Virus record (IMG/VR): IMGVR_UViG_3300045988_035205
Coordinates: 1-40,180 of that record
DNA length: 40,180 nucleotides
From: a virus
Strand: one strand, 5' to 3'
A model generated the notes under the pieces. The model was not told where the DNA came from. It ran no database searches and saw only the letters and a program-made list of their open reading frames with translations. Shown here in pieces: positions 37,405-40,180 of the stretch; position 1 is the first letter of the stretch; each line of letters opens with the position of its first letter. A program made the translations under genes and the position numbers.

Positions 37405-38214
37405 ATGGGCATCAGACAGCAGACGATTGACGATTATGGGTCGTTCGTGGAGAAATTCAAGCCGAAGAAGACCACGGATGACTGCTACACCCCCCCCGCA
37501 GTGTATGGGGTGATAAAAGACTGGGCTTGCCGGGAATACGGTATAGACCCTGATAAGGTGGTGCGCCCGTTCTATCCGGGCGGGGACTACGAGCGGTTCG
37601 ACTATTCGGGCGGTGCGGTGGTTGTGGATAATCCGCCGTTCAGCATCCTGTCGAAGATCTGCACGTTCTATCGGACGGAGCAAATTCCGTTCTTCCTGTT
37701 CGCGCCGTATCTCACGATCTTCTCCAGCACGTCGCGCAACGGAGCGCACATGATCGTCACGGATTCGACCATCGAATACGCGAACGGCGCGCAGGTCAAC
37801 ACGTCGTTCGTGACGAGTTTCGGTGATGACCTGATCCGCACCGCGCCGGATCTGGCCAACGCGATAGACGAGACCGTGAAGCGCGTCAGGAAAGAGCAAC
37901 GCAGGCATCCGCCGAAATACGCGTATCCGCGTGAACTGCTTACCGTGAGCAGGCTCGGGAAGATCGGCAGGCAGGTCGAGTTCCGCGTCAAGGCTTCGGA
38001 CGTTGCGTTCACGAGGGCTCTCGACTCGCAGAAGGCCGTGAAGAAGGCCATCTACGGCGGCGGCTATCTCCTGAGCGAAGCTAAGGCCGCGGAACTGAAG
38101 GCCGCGGAACTGAAGGCCGCAGAACTAAAGGCCGCAGAAGACGTGACAGTCTGGCCTCTCTCCGAAACCGAAAGGCGGATCATCGAAAACCTCGCGCAAG
38201 AATCGCGCGGTTGA
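37405..38214 (+). CDS. Orphan DNA methyltransferase (amino-MTase type, NPPF motif); no cognate nuclease in the window
   Basis: VVVDNPPFS (motif IV-like) and CYTPPAVY near the N-terminus. It is a stand-alone gene between two terminators. The exact family and target base are unverified. Confidence 0.6.
   Translation: MGIRQQTIDDYGSFVEKFKPKKTTDDCYTPPAVYGVIKDWACREYGIDPDKVVRPFYPGGDYERFDYSGGAVVVDNPPFSILSKICTFYRTEQIPFFLFAPYLTIFSSTSRNGAHMIVTDSTIEYANGAQVNTSFVTSFGDDLIRTAPDLANAIDETVKRVRKEQRRHPPKYAYPRELLTVSRLGKIGRQVEFRVKASDVAFTRALDSQKAVKKAIYGGGYLLSEAKAAELKAAELKAAELKAAEDVTVWPLSETERRIIENLAQESRG
37490..37497 (+). repeat. Homopolymeric C8 tract inside the methyltransferase 5' region
   Basis: acCCCCCCCCg encodes T-P-P at codons 29-31. 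Confidence 0.9.
38083..38139 (+). repeat. 15-bp in-frame tandem repeat (about 3.8 copies) encoding (KAAEL)n
   Basis: AAGGCCGCGGAACTG x2, AAGGCCGCAGAACTA, then the partial AAGGCCGCAGAA. Confidence 0.85.
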
Positions 38215-38251
38215 ATTCCTGTTGGAATATTTTGCACCCACATGCAACATC

Positions 38252-38290
38252 GCCCCTCTCTCAGCTCTTAAGCTGGGGGAGGGGCGTTTT
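38252..38290. terminator. Terminator between the convergent methyltransferase and xis-operon
   Basis: GCCCCTCTCTCAGCT (38252-38266), CTTA loop and AGCTGGGGGAGGGGC (38271-38285) form a 15-bp stem with two G:U pairs, followed by GTTTT. Confidence 0.65.
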
Positions 38291-38295
38291 CGTGT

Positions 38296-38496
38296 TTATT
38301 CGGTCTTGTGTTTGCGTGGCCTGCCTCCGCCGACGCCGCGTCCTGGGCGCTGCGCGTTCCATTGGTCGATGGTGTCGGGGAGCCAGCCGCGCGTGCGGCC
38401 GATGGTTACGTCCGGCTCGGGCAGGTCGTAGGAGGCGGCGTTGGCGACGCCGAGGCGTTCGGAGACCTGTTTGATGCCGAGGTATTCAGTCGTCAT
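38296..38496 (-). CDS. Excisionase-like HTH protein (MerR/AlpA-type)
   Basis: EYLGIKQVSERLGVANAASYD...GWLPDTIDQWNAQRPGRG. It lies adjacent to int. Confidence 0.65.
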   Translation of the reverse strand: MTTEYLGIKQVSERLGVANAASYDLPEPDVTIGRTRGWLPDTIDQWNAQRPGRGVGGGRPRKHKTE

Positions 38497-38650
38497 TGTC
38501 CCTCCTGTCCCTGATGAGCGTGGCGATGCTCCAGATTCCCGCCGCGAGGCCGAACAGTCCGGCCTGCCATGCTTTCCCGGCGCAGCCGAGCGAGAGCGAT
38601 GTCAGGCCGCATACGATGCCGCATACGGCGAACAGTGTGCTTGTCTTCAT
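38486..38650 (-). CDS. Small two-TM membrane protein (54 aa)
   Basis: MKTSTLFAVCGIVCGLTSLSLGCAGKAWQAGLFGLAAGIWSIATLIRDRRDNDD. It overlaps the xis start by 11 nt. It is below the ORF-track cutoff. Confidence 0.5.
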   Translation of the reverse strand: MKTSTLFAVCGIVCGLTSLSLGCAGKAWQAGLFGLAAGIWSIATLIRDRRDNDD

Positions 38651-38715
38651 GATGGGTCATGAAATAGGATGGAACCGGAGGGTTCCGGGCAGTAGGAGTG
38701 CTCGGAACCCTCTTG

Positions 38716-38823
38716 TCATCTGCCGTGCCTAGGCGGCTTTCTGAGCGAGATGACCAGCGCCGCCAGTGCGATGATGTTGCTTGTCACCGAGCTGATGGCG
38801 TTTACGATGTCCGTCCATTTCAT
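38716..38823 (-). CDS. Tiny membrane protein (35 aa)
   Basis: GGAAAGGAGGTGAAC RBS lies directly before the ATG. Sequence MKWTDIVNAISSVTSNIIALAALVISLRKPPRHGR. Confidence 0.5.
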   Translation of the reverse strand: MKWTDIVNAISSVTSNIIALAALVISLRKPPRHGR

Positions 38824-38842
38824 GTTCACCTCCTTTCCTTTG

Positions 38843-38871
38843 TTGACATAAACTATTGTATCAAATATATA
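38843..38871 (+). promoter_or_regulatory. Candidate int promoter
   Basis: TTGACA (38843-38848), 17-nt spacer, TATATA (38866-38871). Confidence 0.55.
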
Positions 38872-38883
38872 TAAGTAATGCAA
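38855..38883 (-). promoter_or_regulatory. Candidate promoter of the minus-strand small-protein/xis operon
   Basis: The minus strand reads TTGCAT (38883-38878), 17-nt spacer, TACAAT (38860-38855). It interleaves with the int promoter. Confidence 0.55.
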
Positions 38884-38955
38884 GCCAAAACACAAAAAAC
38901 AGAGAAAAAATCAACGGATTGATAGACTTGATGCCACGCAAACGAAGGGGCAAGC

Positions 38956-40125
38956 ATGGCCTACACGATCCGCCAATACCAGACGAAAAGCGGAAAAAGA
39001 TACGAAGTCAGATACCGTAAGCCGGACGGCACGGACACAGGCAAACGCGGCTTCAAACGCAAAATGGACGCCGATGCCTGGGGCGCAGCGAACGTGACCA
39101 CAGCTAAAAGCGTCGGAGCGTACATCGACCCACAAGCCGGAAGACGCTTGGTCGAAGACTTCTGGGAGCCATGGCTGGCCGCAAAAAAGACCAAGGCCAA
39201 ACCAAGCTACATCAAGTCATTGGAGGATGCTTGGCGCGCGCATGTCATGCCTCAATGGGGAGTACGCGAAGTCCAGTCCATCACAATGGACGAGGTGCAG
39301 CGGTGGGTCACCGATCTGGCTGGCAGGCGCAGCGCGTCAGTGACCATCCGTGCTGAAAACCTCCTGCGCAGTCTCATGGAGAGGGCAAAGGCCGATCGGT
39401 GCATCCACGACAATCCATGCGACGGCATCGAGCTGCCGCGCAAGCAGGTGCGGAAGCATGTCTATCTGTCGGCCGATGAATTGTCTCGTGTGGCGATGCA
39501 GTGCGGGTGGCGTGAGCCGATCGTGCTGACCTTGGGCCTGTGCGGCATGAGGTGGGGCGAGCTCGTGGCGCTCCGTGTCGAGGATGTCGATCTGCAACGC
39601 TGTCGACTGCATATATATAGGAGCATCACGCGTCTTTCCAGCAGGATGGTGGAGACCGACCCGAAGACCCATGATGGACGCTCGGTGATGTTCCCCTTGG
39701 TGTTGCGTCCGCTGCTCGCCAAGCAATGCGAGGGGCGCGAGCCGTCCGATTTTCTTTTCACCGCTCCCGGCGAGCCTCTGGACGAACCGATGGGCAACGG
39801 CTGGAATCCGACGCGGCACGATGGGTGGTTCGCGGTGGCGCTTCGCCGCGCGGGCGTGGAGCGTGGCCACATGACGATTCACGATCTGCGGCATACCGCC
39901 GCTTCGCTCATGGTGCAGTCCGGCGCTAATGTCAAGACCGTGCAGCGGCAGCTCGGCCACAAGTCGGCCGCGATGACGTTGGACGTGTACGCGGACCTGT
40001 TCGACGATGATCTGGACGACCTGTCGGAGCGTATGGGCGGTCTGCTGTTTTCGCAGGATGTGGGCAAAATGTGGGCAAAAGCGACGCAAGGCATTGATGG
40101 AACCGTTGAAACGGCAAGTGTCTGA
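38956..40125 (+). CDS. int: Tyrosine-type site-specific integrase
   Basis: N-terminal arm-binding-like domain (YEVRYRKPDG), a SAM-like core-binding domain, and a catalytic region with MRWGEL, HDLRHTAASL and LGHKSAAMTLDVYADL (R, H-x-x-R, Y). The gene ends 14 nt before attR. Confidence 0.9.
   Translation: MAYTIRQYQTKSGKRYEVRYRKPDGTDTGKRGFKRKMDADAWGAANVTTAKSVGAYIDPQAGRRLVEDFWEPWLAAKKTKAKPSYIKSLEDAWRAHVMPQWGVREVQSITMDEVQRWVTDLAGRRSASVTIRAENLLRSLMERAKADRCIHDNPCDGIELPRKQVRKHVYLSADELSRVAMQCGWREPIVLTLGLCGMRWGELVALRVEDVDLQRCRLHIYRSITRLSSRMVETDPKTHDGRSVMFPLVLRPLLAKQCEGREPSDFLFTAPGEPLDEPMGNGWNPTRHDGWFAVALRRAGVERGHMTIHDLRHTAASLMVQSGANVKTVQRQLGHKSAAMTLDVYADLFDDDLDDLSERMGGLLFSQDVGKMWAKATQGIDGTVETASV
40058..40079. 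repeat. Paired ATGTGGGCAAA repeats in the right att arm, inside the int 3' end; candidate arm-type integrase site
   Basis: ATGTGGGCAAA occurs twice in tandem. The 17-nt core is identical to 131-148 and lies 63 nt before the attR core. Confidence 0.55.
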
Positions 40126-40139
40126 AGCTTTTCTCCTGT

Positions 40140-40180
40140 GGGTTCGAGTCCCGCTGGAGGCACTTTTGGAAACCGCCAGA
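40140..40180. repeat. attR core (direct repeat, copy 2); displaced partial tRNA 3' end
   Basis: Identical to 1-41. The sequence upstream (40088-40139) has no complementary acceptor 5' strand (CCTCCA) or D-arm, so this copy is not an intact tRNA. Confidence 0.85.

Larger units (their letters stand above)
1..40180 (+). mobile_element. Complete integrated temperate phage (siphovirus-like, HK97-type head module) inserted at the 3' end of a tRNA gene
   Basis: Identical 41-bp direct repeats at both window edges. A tyrosine integrase abuts the right repeat. Lysogeny, recombination/replication, packaging, head, tail and lysis modules occur in canonical order. Confidence 0.9.

Overview
The window is one complete ~40.1-kb temperate siphovirus-type prophage from a high-GC Gram-positive host. 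Gene content looks actinobacterial or Bifidobacterium-like, but I cannot verify this without a database search. It is bounded by an identical 41-bp direct repeat at both window edges (1-41 and 40140-40180) that carries the 3' end of a tRNA gene. Gene order runs as follows. attL is followed by left-arm cargo on the minus strand: a winged-helix-like protein, a 5'-truncated DnaQ-like exonuclease remnant, a small PH-like protein and a lipoprotein. Next comes the ImmA/XRE immunity pair (minus), then a divergent switch region with CGTAATTACG operators. The rightward early operon holds a Cro-like gene, many small ORFs, a pentapeptide-repeat protein, a BRO-N/KilAC antirepressor, YqaJ exonuclease, RecT, SSB, RusA and a replication organiser with an embedded ori-like repeat cluster. 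After that come a Zn-ribbon/HTH protein, an AT-rich promoter island and an interrupted tRNA-like gene. The late genes follow: HNH, TerS, TerL, portal, protease, capsid, connectors, major tail protein (with a -1 frameshift Ig-like extension), G/GT chaperones, tape measure, Dit and a 1749-aa Tal/fibre. These are followed by three tandem RBP-like cassettes, the lysis genes and an orphan DNA methyltransferase. A minus-strand operon of two tiny membrane proteins plus an Xis-like HTH, then the tyrosine integrase and attR, close the element. The most unusual items are these. (1) A tRNA-like gene has perfect acceptor, D and T arms but ~110 nt where the anticodon region should be. (2) A G9 tract separates RBP-like cassette A from its conserved out-of-frame C-terminal motif. 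(3) A YW-x-W-x-G-x-x-N-x-S-P-S / YFDGDT junction motif is shared by Dit, Tal and the cassettes. (4) An iteron, palindrome and AT-rich ori-like cluster lies inside the replication-organiser gene. (5) Paired GTGGGCA repeats sit on both att arms. (6) A pentapeptide-repeat fusion protein carries a perfect 56-bp internal direct repeat. (7) The methyltransferase carries a C8 tract and a 15-bp in-frame VNTR. (8) The int and xis-operon promoters interleave. No CRISPR array, rRNA, transposase, reverse transcriptase or second recombinase was seen. Many long antisense ORFs in the track are high-GC artefacts.
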